DNA of 64,000 nt, from NCBI GenBank assembly GCA_010093815.1, contig ML996574.1. The stretch is one strand, 5' to 3'. The notes beneath the pieces are model-generated. The model ran no database searches. It was not told where the DNA came from and was given only the letters and a program-made list of their open reading frames with translations. This DNA is from Pseudovirgaria hyperparasitica (taxonomy: Eukaryota). Both the position numbers and the translations under genes were made by a program. This document shows positions 1-11,229 of this stretch, one piece after another. Numbering within the stretch: position 1 is the stretch's first letter; the number at the start of each line of letters is the position of its first letter.

Positions 1-381
1 ACCTACCCGATGTCCAATCCTGGCTCTCCGTATCTTGGAAATGCTACTGGTCTTACGTCTCGTAATTCGACGACAAGCTTGAATGCGTTCCACCGTAGTT
101 CGCATTCTCGCAACCCGTCAACGAACTCCAACGCGTACGGCCCTGCTTATGACCCCTGGAGCAGCTCCGTCACTTTACCCCAGACTTCTAGTACTGCGAA
201 GCTAAATGGTGGGAACCAGCAATTTGGCAATTATGCTAATGGCTCCCCAAATCCCCAGTATGATCCTGCTATGGCGAGTTCATTCCTGTTTGGACATTCA
301 GCCTGGAGCAGTCCGGCATCTGGTGCCGAGCGACAGAGAAGATCGCTTGGACGGACACCTCCGAATGGCCAAGGCGGGTGA
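1..381 (+). CDS. 3' end of a gene truncated by the window edge; S/N/P-rich low-complexity C-terminus ending ...RTPPNGQGG (possibly an Est1/Ebs1/SMG7-like protein, tentative)
   Basis: Frame is open from the window start to TGA at 379-381, followed by 3'UTR-like sequence. The family guess rests only on recollection of similar C-termini. Confidence 0.5.
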   Translation, partial: TYPMSNPGSPYLGNATGLTSRNSTTSLNAFHRSSHSRNPSTNSNAYGPAYDPWSSSVTLPQTSSTAKLNGGNQQFGNYANGSPNPQYDPAMASSFLFGHSAWSSPASGAERQRRSLGRTPPNGQGG

Positions 382-1182
382 GAAGCTTCGTATCGAATGT
401 GTGTTGAACATCATAAGCTATATAGCCTCGCGCCGCCATGCTCTCGTGTACTCTGGTTCGACTATCGTGCTCATGACACACCAGCCTGTCGTATCTCCGA
501 GCAACGATTCTATCTGTGGCTGTGTTTTATGGGCCACTTCCAAGACCTACCTCGTGTCTGCGGATTAAATATTCGAGATACTGAAGCTTCGGGGAGCCAT
601 TGGCATGCGACGCCGCGATCGAATTTTATGATCGTCCGAGGTCGTTCCTTGGGATATCCGACCATGTCGCAAGCAATCATCGTATTGAACCTAAGGTCAG
701 CCTGTACAGCGGGAATCCTATACTGTCTCACATCAATTTGTCCAAAATAGTTTTTTCACGTCTTCGGTCTGACTACAGCAGTGTCGTGGCATATCAGCCG
801 TTTGCTGCCTGAAGTACACCTCTGGTTTTTTTACTTCATCTTTCACACCGTCTTTCTTCGATGGAGTCGTTAGATATAAGTGCAGGTCTACAAGATCGTG
901 ATTATATCATACGAGCCTTCGTAAAGTTAGTCCAATAGAATGCTTTACGCCTGAGCTGATGCATGATGTTTATCGTAAGGTACTGTTTACGTAGTAATAC
1001 TCAGGCACCTTTCTAGCTTAGTACGAACTACGTCAGCCATCCCCGCGCCATGGATGTCTGTGCACCTTGATCGGCCTCCGAAAGCAAAATTCCGTTCAAC
1101 CCCGCGAAAAGTGTCTCCCACCATCAATTCACCATTCGAAATCCAGAATCCTCCTTCCTTCGCACCACATAATACCGACAAT

Positions 1183-2327
1183 ATGACCACCGGAAACTTC
1201 GAATTGCTCTGCTTGGAGAACCCTCTCCTGGATATCCAGGGTGTTGGGTATGTAACGACTATCTACTGATCTGCTGAGCACTATGCTGATGCCACACCAG
1301 GGATGAAGAGATGCTCAAGAAATACGACCTCAAGGCAAACGATGCTATTCTTGCCGAAGAGAAGCACATGGGTCTATATGAGGACCTGATCCAGAACCGC
1401 AATGCGAAGCTCATCCCCGGTGGTGCCGCGCAGAACACGGCTCGTGGTGCAGCAGTAAGTTTTTGACCCTCGAACACCGATCCGAGCCCGACTGATCGTG
1501 GCTCTCAGTACATCCTCCCCAAGGACTCCGTCGTATACATCGGATGTGTAGGCAAGGACAAGTACGCAGAGATTCTCGAGAAGGCCTCGTCAGAGCAAGG
1601 CGTCAAGACAGCATACCGCTACGACGAGACCACCCCGACCGGCCGCTGTGGCGTCGTCATCACCGGCCACGACCGCTCCATGTGCACCGATCTCGCCGCC
1701 GCAAACCTCTACAAACTCGACCACCTCAAGAGCCCCGAGATCTGGCCGCTCGTCGAGCAGGCCAAGTTCTACTTCGTCGGCGGCTACCACTTGACCGTCT
1801 GCGTGCCCGCAATCATGGCCCTCGCAGAGGAAGCAGAGGCCAAGAACAAGCCCTTCACCCTCTCTCTCTCCGCCCCCTTCATCCCGCAGTTCTTCAAGGA
1901 CCCGCTCGACCAGGTCCTCCCGTACTGCGACTACATCATCGGCAACGAAACCGAAGCCGCCGCCTACGCCGAGTCGCACGGCCTCGACGCAAAGGACATC
2001 CCCTCCATCGCAAAGCACATTGCCAACCTCCCCAAGAAAAACACCAAACGGGACCGCACCGTCATCATCACCCAGGGCACCGAGCCCAGCATCGCCGCCA
2101 CGGGTGGGAGCAGTGAGATCCAAGAATTCCCCGTGCACACGATCGGCAAGGAGCAGATCAACGATACCAACGGTGCCGGCGACGCATTTGCGGGCGGCTT
2201 CATGGCCGGCCTGGTGCAGGGGAAGCCGTTCAAGGAGGCGATGCATATGGGCCAGTGGCTGGCTAAGCTGAGCATCCAGGAGCTCGGCCCGTCGTACCCG
2301 CAGCCCAAGCAGACTTACTCTGCTTGA
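1183..2327 (+). CDS. ADO1: Adenosine kinase (PfkB family); exons 1183-1247, 1301-1454, 1509-2327
   Basis: LLCLENPLLDI, GGAAQNTARG, DYIIGNETEA and PfkB signature DTNGAGDAFAGGF; two canonical GT-AG introns restore the frame. Confidence 0.96.
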
Positions 2328-3078
2328 GAAGGTGCTATGCTTTATACTGGGTAGCGAGCAAGGTGTTACTCTTTTTTTTTTGTCTTTTCATTTCAGTTCA
2401 GTTCAGTTCATTCAACATGCATTAGAAGAGCGATATGGGAAATTCTCCAATACAAGGACGGGAAGGGAAGGGATAAAAAAAAGTTGTACATGATCTATGA
2501 TGAAGACAGACGATGGTGACGGCCGGAGCCTTTTCAACGAGGAAGAAGGGGGGGCGGAGAGTGGCCATTGTAAGACGATGGAAACGACGAGCAGCAGGGG
2601 GCGTAACTTTGTGCCGTTGGTGTAGACACTACCTTCAACAATATCCTCTCTAGCTCTGCTAGGGAGCCCGAACCCAAACAATGCTATCTATTGTAGCAGA
2701 GTGGGTTACTATGGAATATATCCAGGACACAAACGTTGATCTGCATGCGGGACGTGATGCACTGTTGACGCTTTGAAAATAGCTTCTGACTGTCGCAGCT
2801 CTAAACAACTCTCTAGAAAAGAAGTACACTCACTATCACAAGATCCATATTCTTCTTCATGACGGCCCCGCAGAGTCCCAAGCAACTTTCCGCCTTTGAC
2901 ATGTCCCACCTGATGAGAGATTAGATCATGCGACTTCTTTAGATTGTACAATTCGCTAGACACTTTCCCAAAACTCCAGATGCATACATCCTACGTATTT
3001 ACATGTTTGTGCAAGCAGCCGCTCCAGGCAGCATGACCTGTTCCGCTTCCACCGCCATTGACGCTCACGATTTACATG

Positions 3079-4904
3079 TCAGAAATAGTAGCCTTCTCCG
3101 CTCGCACTCACAACAAACTCACACCCCAGCGCGTGGCCATGCTCGCGTAGATTCTCTTCGTGTTCGTGCAGTTGCTGTAGGATAATGTCGCCGACAACGG
3201 GGCCATCGTCAAGGGTGTCTTTGACGTGGATAATGACGACCTTTACGCCTTTCAATGGCAACTCAGTCAAATTGCGGTCGGCAATGGTGGGGACTTGAGG
3301 TTCTAAGGAGGGATTGTCCTTTCGCACTGTCTTTTGGACCAAACTGCGCGGACTCGTCACATCATACATATGATTATCGACATCCGAATTCGTACTACTC
3401 TGTGTCGTGCGGCTTTCTCGGCGGCTTTTACTCGCATCCCCGTCATCGCCTGCGTGGTCGATACTAAGAAAGCCAGCGCTTTGACGTTTCCGTTTCCTGC
3501 CCTTGCGTGCTTCATCACGTTCTCGGCTCAGTTCGTGCTGGGCCTCACATACCATCGCTGCGAGAGACTTCAATTCAGCAATCAGATGACGGGGTGCAAT
3601 ATGCCCGAACAGCATCTGGTCAGCCTGAGAGTCGGTGTAGGAGCATTCAATGAAGATGCCGGTCAGCATGCCTTGAGCAATCTTGGGTGCAGCCTCAGCC
3701 CAGACATTCGCAGTCCGTGGTGATAGAGAGATACTATCAGGCTCAACGTCGCCGAAGATAAGTACCTCACGGGCCGGCGTGGCTGGAGTGGCTTCGGCAC
3801 GGATGAAGTAAGCAGTAGAATCCACAACGCAGACTGAGGGCTCGGCGGCATATTGGGGAGTTCCTGGCTGAGATGCAACAGAGAAAGACATGGATCTCCC
3901 TTCTTTGTAAGCGCTTTCAGCACTAGATAGACTGGTTCCAGTTCGTGATGTTCCTTGAGGATGGGTATGCTGATGCTGGGTGCTTGTCTCCTGCAGGTTG
4001 GTAATACTACCTCGATGGACATGGCTGGTTCCACGCATACAATGGCCATGGCTGACCTTGAAACCTTTTGCACCTAGCCCATCACAGACTTCGATAAAGC
4101 CTCTACTGGGACCTTCGCCGAGAGCAATGTTACCACCTTCGGCCAGTCGTTGGAAAGTGACAAAGCCCACGCCACCATCTTCGTCGGTGAGATTGGGCCA
4201 GATGATGTCATTGAAGAGGTGAGTCTTGATGGCATTAACCGTGAAGGGTAAGGCAGCGAGTCGTTTTGGTCGTGATGTGTTATGGAAAGCGGCAGTGTTG
4301 ATGACAAAGCCAGACACATGGTCAAGGTGAGGGTGGGTGATGAGATAGGTTGAGACGTGTTCTCGGACCAGGTATGATGCATTCGCGCGCGCCGATGCGT
4401 GTGGAAAAGGTAGGCCGGCGAAAGGTCCAGATTCAAGGGTTGTGACCAGATTCTTCCGTGGCTCTGGGGTGGCGGATTCATTGCCGTCATCATCGACCGG
4501 AGCATCGGCCGACGGATCGATGTCGTCCTCATGAGGTGTCGATGGAGCAGGATTGGCATCTGCCACGAGTGGAAAGTGGTTTTCCAGAATGTGAGTGATG
4601 GCTGCTAGGTGCGAACCAGCATCAACAGCCAGGACTGAGCCCTTGGCCCAGTTTGATGCTATCGATCGGACCAGGAAGCCCGTGACATTGTTCTCGTTGG
4701 GACCACCACCTGAGCCCTGGCTGTGTCAGACAAGGATGAAAAAGATGAAACATGAAGAGGTGGAGAGATGCGGATAGGGTGAATGTAGTGGTCGAATCCT
4801 AGGTCGGCAGTAAATAAACTTACCAAGCAGATGACTTGGATGGCAGGAGCATCCGTATGTGAAGGCCGACGGCTCTTTCCTGAGGCAACATCGCCGTCTT
4901 TCAT
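3079..4904 (-). CDS. PDE1: Class II (low-affinity) cAMP phosphodiesterase; intron 4717-4823
   Basis: Spliced N-terminus QVICL|GSGGGPNENNVT; metallo-beta-lactamase motif THPHLDH; FNDIIWPNL, SHG, IFGDVEPD, IECSY, IIHVKD. Confidence 0.93.
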
Positions 4905-7900
4905 GAGATCGGTTGCAGTTCCCTGCCCCAGACTAGAGTAAGGGGTTGGAAAGCAAGCTCCCTATGGCTGATATCAGGGGAGCAGATGACAGGACGGCAG
5001 GCGATCAAACAGGCCTGGAATTTAGTGAACGAAAAGAAGTAGCAGGGTTGCTCTCATTCGTGCTGGGTTTGGCTTAGCAGACAGGCCGACGGAGTGGAAT
5101 CAAAGTATATTGATAGTATAGCTGTATGGCCGCAAATGGATAGGTTGTTAAGAGTGAGTGCTTGTTTCTCGCTGGCAGCTCCAGTCTAGGGTTTGTCTAA
5201 GAAAGGTAGCTAGTAGCCAGGCTCGCCAGGTGTACAACAGAAGACCAGACACAAGCGTTTCAAGTCTTCTGAATAGATAAACAATTGAAGAGTGCGATAG
5301 ACACGGCTGATGAGGAAGCAGGGCGCAAGGCAGCAGCAGGCTGTGGGCAATGATGCAAGGTGAGATGTGCGCAAGATGGGCATCAACGTGCTTCAGAAAG
5401 CTTCAGAGAGCCAGGTGAAGCGTCAGTGGAAATTGAAGCGACTTGCACACACGCACACAAACATATACACACAAGGTTGATATCGCTGGCGCTATAAAGT
5501 GCGCAGAGCAGTTTGTGTAGAGGAGGACGAGAAGATTGAGTTGTGGCGGCCGCCCATTGCCCCTGTGCCACTCTCTCTCTTAGGCTGGTAATAAATAGCA
5601 CGTGGCCTGTTCTGTGCCACTCACATATATGATAATTATCAGCTTCAGGAATAGAGAGCTAACCAACGATAGAAGAAAGACACGACAGATCTAGAGATGT
5701 TTCCCACAGTCGATCATCTTTTGGTAGCAAGCACAGTGTAGTTGGTTGGTAATCGGAGTTGGGCAGAAAAAGGATGTCTGGCAAGAAGGTGACCTGATGC
5801 ATCAGGCACCAAGACACCAAGGCATAAACCTGCTCAGGCACTCAGGCACTCAGGCAGCACTACTACAACCCCAAAACCTTCTAGAACATCCGTCTGACAC
5901 ATTTGACATTTTGACGTTTGACGTCTGATTCTCCATCACCACAATTCACCATTCACCTCTCACCATTCCATCTCCACTCAACCTTCTACACTTTGACTTC
6001 TTTTTCCAAGGGCTTTTCATCTCTTCAAACTTTCGCCTCGACTTTTGATCTCGTCGTCATTCTTGGCTCCATAGCTCTCGCTTCCGTCCAAGCATGTTTC
6101 AGGCTTCGCTTGCCCCAAACATCTACGCGACTCAACCCCCTGCTCTGGATTTGTGCTTCTGCCACTTTTACCTTCCGACAACACGACCAAAATACGAGTC
6201 TCCTTGCCGATTATGTGCTCGGATAGTCTGCATACGTGGGAAGCATAAATTAGCCGCCTGCCATTGACACTGGGCGGGCATGCATCCGACGTGCCTTGCT
6301 ACCATGTACGTGTCCATCCATCTCACCCACTTCAACAATTTGCTGCTTCCACTAACTCACTTCTCCATCAATGTGACCGCAATTCCTTCTGCCGCTCATT
6401 TCGCCGACACACCATCCGACGCCCAATGCACCCGCCAAGCTGCGCCCTTCCACCACTGAGCTAGAAGCTGTCTGTCACTCTCATCCTTCTATAACCCTTC
6501 TAGAAGTCGGCCTCGCCTTGCACACACATTCCTTGTGCTGCTCCACCGCATTCACGCCGTCTGTGCATCTTGGAACCTACGACATGGTCATGGTTTCAAC
6601 GGCTCCTACAACCATCTAGATGTACACGGCCTCCGACAAGCCGATCCTGCCCTCCCTCCCTTGTACCGCTCTGACTTGTCAGGAATGACACAGACACTCG
6701 ACGAACAGGTGCTCCTGTGTTCCTCGGCTTCATCACGGATTCACAACGGTAAGCCAGCCATACGTACCGTCCGAGCAGATGTCTGGTTCGATCCGTTTCA
6801 ACGTGCCGCTCCAACTTCCTCCTTGACACGACTCACGACCTTTGAAAAAAGCATGCGTGGCACCCAGGGAATATCGTCGTTCATCGCGTGCAAAAAAACA
6901 ACCATCCATCTTCTATGCCAAAACTTCTTCCACGTGGAACAGTAGTTCAACGTCGTTTGTGGCACTATACATCGGCCTCTCGCTTTATCCGAGAACAGAT
7001 CATCCACATTATACACAGCGAAAATCACATCCTCAAAATAGAATAGCCAGGCTTGGATCCCCTGGCTTGAACACCTGCACTCTCGTCCGCAATCAGTCAC
7101 TCCCTTGGGAAATATCCCCGGCCACCTGGCCCGCGACAATATTCCAATACCTTCGCATCGGCACACACTTCTAGGAATGTGACGATGCATCTTGCAGCAG
7201 CTCCCCATGTCGAGATTTCAAACAAGCCATGCCAGTCAAAAGAAACAACCCAATCCCCCCTCCCCTGCCACAAATCTCCTGGCAAGTCCCGAGCCCAGGT
7301 TCAGATCCTTCTGGAAGCCCAAACCCTCGTTCTCCGTCCAAACAAACTCGCCGACCGGCGAGATTCGGACCTGTGAGCCGGCCCTTGCCTTCTCTCTCTC
7401 CACTTCTCTCTGCAAGGGCTCTTAAGAGGTACTTGTTTCATCGTAAAAAAAAAAAAACTGTGTTGCCCACGCTTTCCGTCGTCTGCGTAATTATCGCGGG
7501 TTTGTATGTTCCTGCTAGGAGTATAGAGTCGTGTGCCCTCTCTTGTCTCTCATTTTCCCCTTGTGAACTCTCATTACACAAAAGTTCAAGCACTGCTCTG
7601 CGCGTTGTCCATGCGCCGTATCGCAACGTCGACATCATCCACTGGGCCCTCCCCCTCCCCCCTCTTTCCTGAAAGACCACATATCTACTGTGTGTGACCC
7701 ATCGTGCCCTTACAAAGATGACAGTGCATTAGCTACGGTGACTCCGAGGCCTTTCATCTCGTTGACGTCCGAAGAGGATTCTTCTATTTGACATGCTCTA
7801 GAGGACGACGCTATTTTCTACATCGTAAACCCTCGGTCATGACATCGTTCGTTCTAGGGTCCACAGGATCTTTTTTTTTGACATGTCCATGGAGGTAATT

Positions 7901-8290
7901 ATTCAAAACAACACTAGACTAAGCACGCTCGGCACGCGTATGTATGAACGACCGAGCCAATTTTTGCGGTCCACGCTTCGATGCCATTGGTCCTTCACTC
8001 CTACTAATATGCATCATATATCAGGCACACCATCTTCGTAGTAGTCTACTTTCGGTATATTATGGCAAGACCTTAAAGTACTACATACTTCATTCGCTAT
8101 GTCGTTTTTCTTATCTTCGTCCCCATCCTGTCCGTCATCCATATCACGTCCATATGCATGCAATCGTATCAATCGCATACAATACGTGCTTCATCAAAAT
8201 GACAAAGGAAATCGCTTTGTCCCATGTCAACGACGTCGTCATTCATTTCCACTCCTGTCATAACACTCCATCAGAGCCCGCCAGAGCTGT

Positions 8291-9816
8291 CTACTTGAAG
8301 ACCTTGCCATCGGCCCACTCGTACGTCTTACCGTCGACGTTAACGGGCTTGTCCCATGCCCATTGGTCGTTGACGTACTCCTTGTCTTCGGCGTTCGTTG
8401 GGTCGAGCTTGACAAACTCGTAGCTCTCATAGTCGGGGCCGACGTCGAAGGCTGGGAGATAGTCCTGTCCACGAACCACAAAGGCTCCCTTGATGAGAGA
8501 GTCACCCTTCTCGCCGTACACCGATGCCGCTCCAAAGATGTGCTTGCGGCTAGCCTCAAGACGAGTAAATGTACCACCTATGTCCGTATGTTAGCTCGTT
8601 CAATGTGTGACGCTAGCTTTCAACACTTACCGATCAGGTTGGAGGACATGAAGACGTGGGACAGTTCGTTGTTGTACTTGTAGTCTACCTTCCAGAGAGA
8701 GTACTCTTCAAAGTTGCAGTTTTCCCAAAACCACGGAAGAGCAACCTCACGGGTATCGTTGTTGGAGTATTGGCGCTTCCACTCGTCAAGTACGAAAGTC
8801 GGTCGTGGAAGTAGATCGAGAGGGTGCTTGGGCTTGGGAGCCGGCGCTGGCTCGTCCTCTTCCTCTTCGACCTCCTTTGCCTTGGGCTTCGGTGCAGCGG
8901 CTTCTTTCTTGGGGGCGGGCTCCTTCTTTGGTGGGGTGTACTTCACAGCCTCCTCAATAAAGTCGGTCTGTTCGATCACACTGGAGAGGATAGGCTGGTT
9001 GATCAGGGTCTCATACCACCGGGTGAAGTTGGGGTACTCCGCACGCCACTTCTTGTCAAAGACATTTTGGAAACCACGGGAAACAGTGCCAACAGTGAAG
9101 AGATCAGCAAGAGTTACCCGCTCGCCAACAAGGTAGGTGTTGACAAGAAAGTGGTCATCTAGAGTCTTGATGGCAGTGTTGGCGCGCTTTTGTGCATCCT
9201 CAACATTCTTCTTGTTGTATGGATCCTTGCCGATCAGAGGGCGGAACCAACCGCCGAGGGGAGGGAGAACTTCGGTGTTTGCAAAAGACATCCATCGCAA
9301 GATTGACGCATAGTCCTGCTTGGTTTTACCGAGAAGGGATGTCTTCTCGTTCTGCGAGGTAACTATTAATGAGTCAGAGAGGATTCAGCGAATAAAACAT
9401 GATTCAGCAGAAGTTTTCATCGAGCGTGTCAGAGTGTGAATACAAGTGTCTCAACATGGTAATTCAGTCAGGGATAACTGATTGATTGATGTAATCTCAT
9501 CATGAAGGATTTACTAAACAAAATGGGTGGCTTACGGTAGACAGCAATGGCGATGGCTTCCGTCAGAACAAAGTCATCCTTGCCGTGGAAGGTTGGGATT
9601 TTGCCGAGCTTGTTAAGCTTCAGATATTCTGTAGGGACATCCGAGCCAGGTTCGGTATGAACGAGTTCGATATCAAGGTTGTTTTCCTTTGCGACCGCGA
9701 GGAGTGCAGTCGTGCGGGAGTTACCCTGTTGGTGCGTCAGAATTTTGTACGCAAAGTGGCACGGCGGGGTAGGATCGTGAACGCACCTTGAAGCTGTAAA
9801 GCTTGCCGAACGACAT
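8291..9816 (-). CDS. TEF4: Translation elongation factor 1B gamma; exons 9816-9787, 9725-9536, 9362-8631, 8577-8291
   Basis: GST-like N-terminal domain (MSFGKLYSFK|GNSRTTA, LTEAIAIAVY), K/E/P linker, EF1G domain (KHPLDLL, DEWKRQYSN, FMSSNLIGG, WADGKVFK). Confidence 0.96.
9426..9506 (-). ncRNA. SNR38: Intronic box C/D snoRNA, snR38 orthologue (guides 2'-O-methylation of 25S rRNA, Gm2815 in yeast numbering)
   Basis: In intron 9363-9535, minus strand: C box ATGATGA (9503-9497), guide CAGTTATCCCTG (9480-9469) complementary to LSU rRNA CAGGGAUAACUG, D' CTGA (9467-9464), C' ATGTTGA (9457-9451), D CTGA (9432-9429). Yeast snR38 is likewise hosted in the TEF4 intron. Confidence 0.9.
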
Positions 9817-10104
9817 TTTTGTATCGTTATAAATTCTAAAAGAAGTTTGGGGTATCAAAAAAAGACTGGCCAGTAGTAGTACAGTCTGGTCAGACGATGG
9901 TTGAGGAGTGAGGAGAAAAGTTGTGTCCCTCAATGTCTCGTCAAGACCCAAGAAGAAAATCAGCTCCTGTCAATGCACGGACCCCGGCGTTTTGGCGCAA
10001 CACGTGATCGTCTCCGCGCCAGCGAAATATTAGGTTGGAAGGAGCTCCAGCGCCTGGTAAGAACATCATTATCCATTGACCACCAGCTGCATCTTCAGTG
10101 CGCC
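9817..10104. promoter_or_regulatory. Short bidirectional promoter between eEF1B-gamma and MRPS9
   Basis: Head-to-head start codons at 9816 (-) and 10105 (+), 288 bp apart. Confidence 0.6.
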
Positions 10105-11229
10105 ATGCAGGTCGGCGAGGTGCAACGGGGCCTCTCGAGGGCCATTTGCTCGCAGTGCAAACGGTCTCGTCCCACTACACGCTTCCCATTTCGTCGAGGG
10201 ACGCCTGCTATACCCCATGTTTCCTTCACAACCTCCTCCGCTCGAACTGAGTCAATTCAAATACAAGAACATGGCGACAGAGAGCAAATGCCTGACACCA
10301 TGACTGCGGAGGAGATGGTCAAAGCTGGCGACGTATCAGTACTGCAACGACTGCGGGTCGTGCCAGCATCGCGAGCATATTTCAGCGGTCAGCCACGCTT
10401 CACCGATAGCCTTCTTGAGCTGGAAGCGATTCAACGAAAGTACGAAACACTACCAACAATCCCTCAAGCCCAAGCTCCAAGAGTAGCCTGGAAAGATATA
10501 GTAGCGTTCAAGACCGATGTCGGTGCCAATGCGGAACCTGTCAAGGTCTCGAAATACAGCAAAATAAAGCACATTTTAAAACGTCTAAACCGCATACATC
10601 CAGCTTTGATGCCACAGGAAGCAGCGGATATCATGAATCGATACAAGAGAGATATCCAGCCGCACATGAATGCAGCAACGCCCGGAACCATTGACATTCA
10701 GGGAAGGGCAGCTGGTGTAGGAAAGAGGAAGTCCTCATCGGCCGTTGCATACGCTGTTGAAGGAGAGGGCGAAGTCATGGTCAACGGGAAGCCTCTAAGT
10801 CTGATGTTTAGCCGTGTCCATGACCGCGAGACTGCAATCTGGGCGCTCAAGGCTACTCATCGGGTTGACAAGTACAACATCTTTGCAATTGTTAAAGGTG
10901 GCGGTACAACCGGCCAGGCTGGTGCGCTAACCATGGCTATTGCTAAGGCACTGGTCGTACATGAGCCTGCATTGAAAACATCTCTACGTGCTGGTAAGTC
11001 TACTTTACCCTTAGTCAGAGGCCTCATTCGAGGCTTTTATCCACCGTAGGATCCTTTTAATAAAGTCCTACTATGTATCTCTTCTGTACCTACAGTACCG
11101 TATATACCAAAACGTACTGATACTGACATTTTCAAAGCTGGCTGCATCACCCGCGATCCAAGAACAGTGGAGAGAAAGAAAGCTGGCAAGCTCAAAGCGC
11201 GCAAGATGCCTGCTTGGGTCAAACGTTGA
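10105..11229 (+). CDS. MRPS9: Mitochondrial small-subunit ribosomal protein uS9m; intron 10994-11137
   Basis: R/S-rich presequence-like N-terminus; [20 protein letters not shown]; after splicing [29 protein letters not shown]. The start codon choice is inferred. Confidence 0.93.

Noticed and set aside
1544..2308. Long alternative-frame and antisense ORFs over ADO1 (likewise over the PL4, SDR, P450 and DIP2 genes)
   Set aside because: Shadow ORFs expected from GC-rich codon usage; no recognisable motifs.
6488..6500. TAACCCT as a possible telomerase RNA template
   Set aside because: Only 7 nt; it lacks the ~1.5-repeat template (TAACCCTAA), and no supporting structure was seen.
6780..6800. GGTTCGATCC T-loop-like motif
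   Set aside because: No T-stem, acceptor stem or A-box around it; not a tRNA.
9901..10104. N-terminal extension of the MRPS9 ORF in the ORF track
   Set aside because: It overlaps the short bidirectional promoter; ATG 10105 has good context and begins a presequence-like segment.
10993..11101. Possible nested intron (stwintron) in MRPS9 using the internal CTACAG
   Set aside because: The reconstituted donor GTACCG is poor and the product would be frameshifted.
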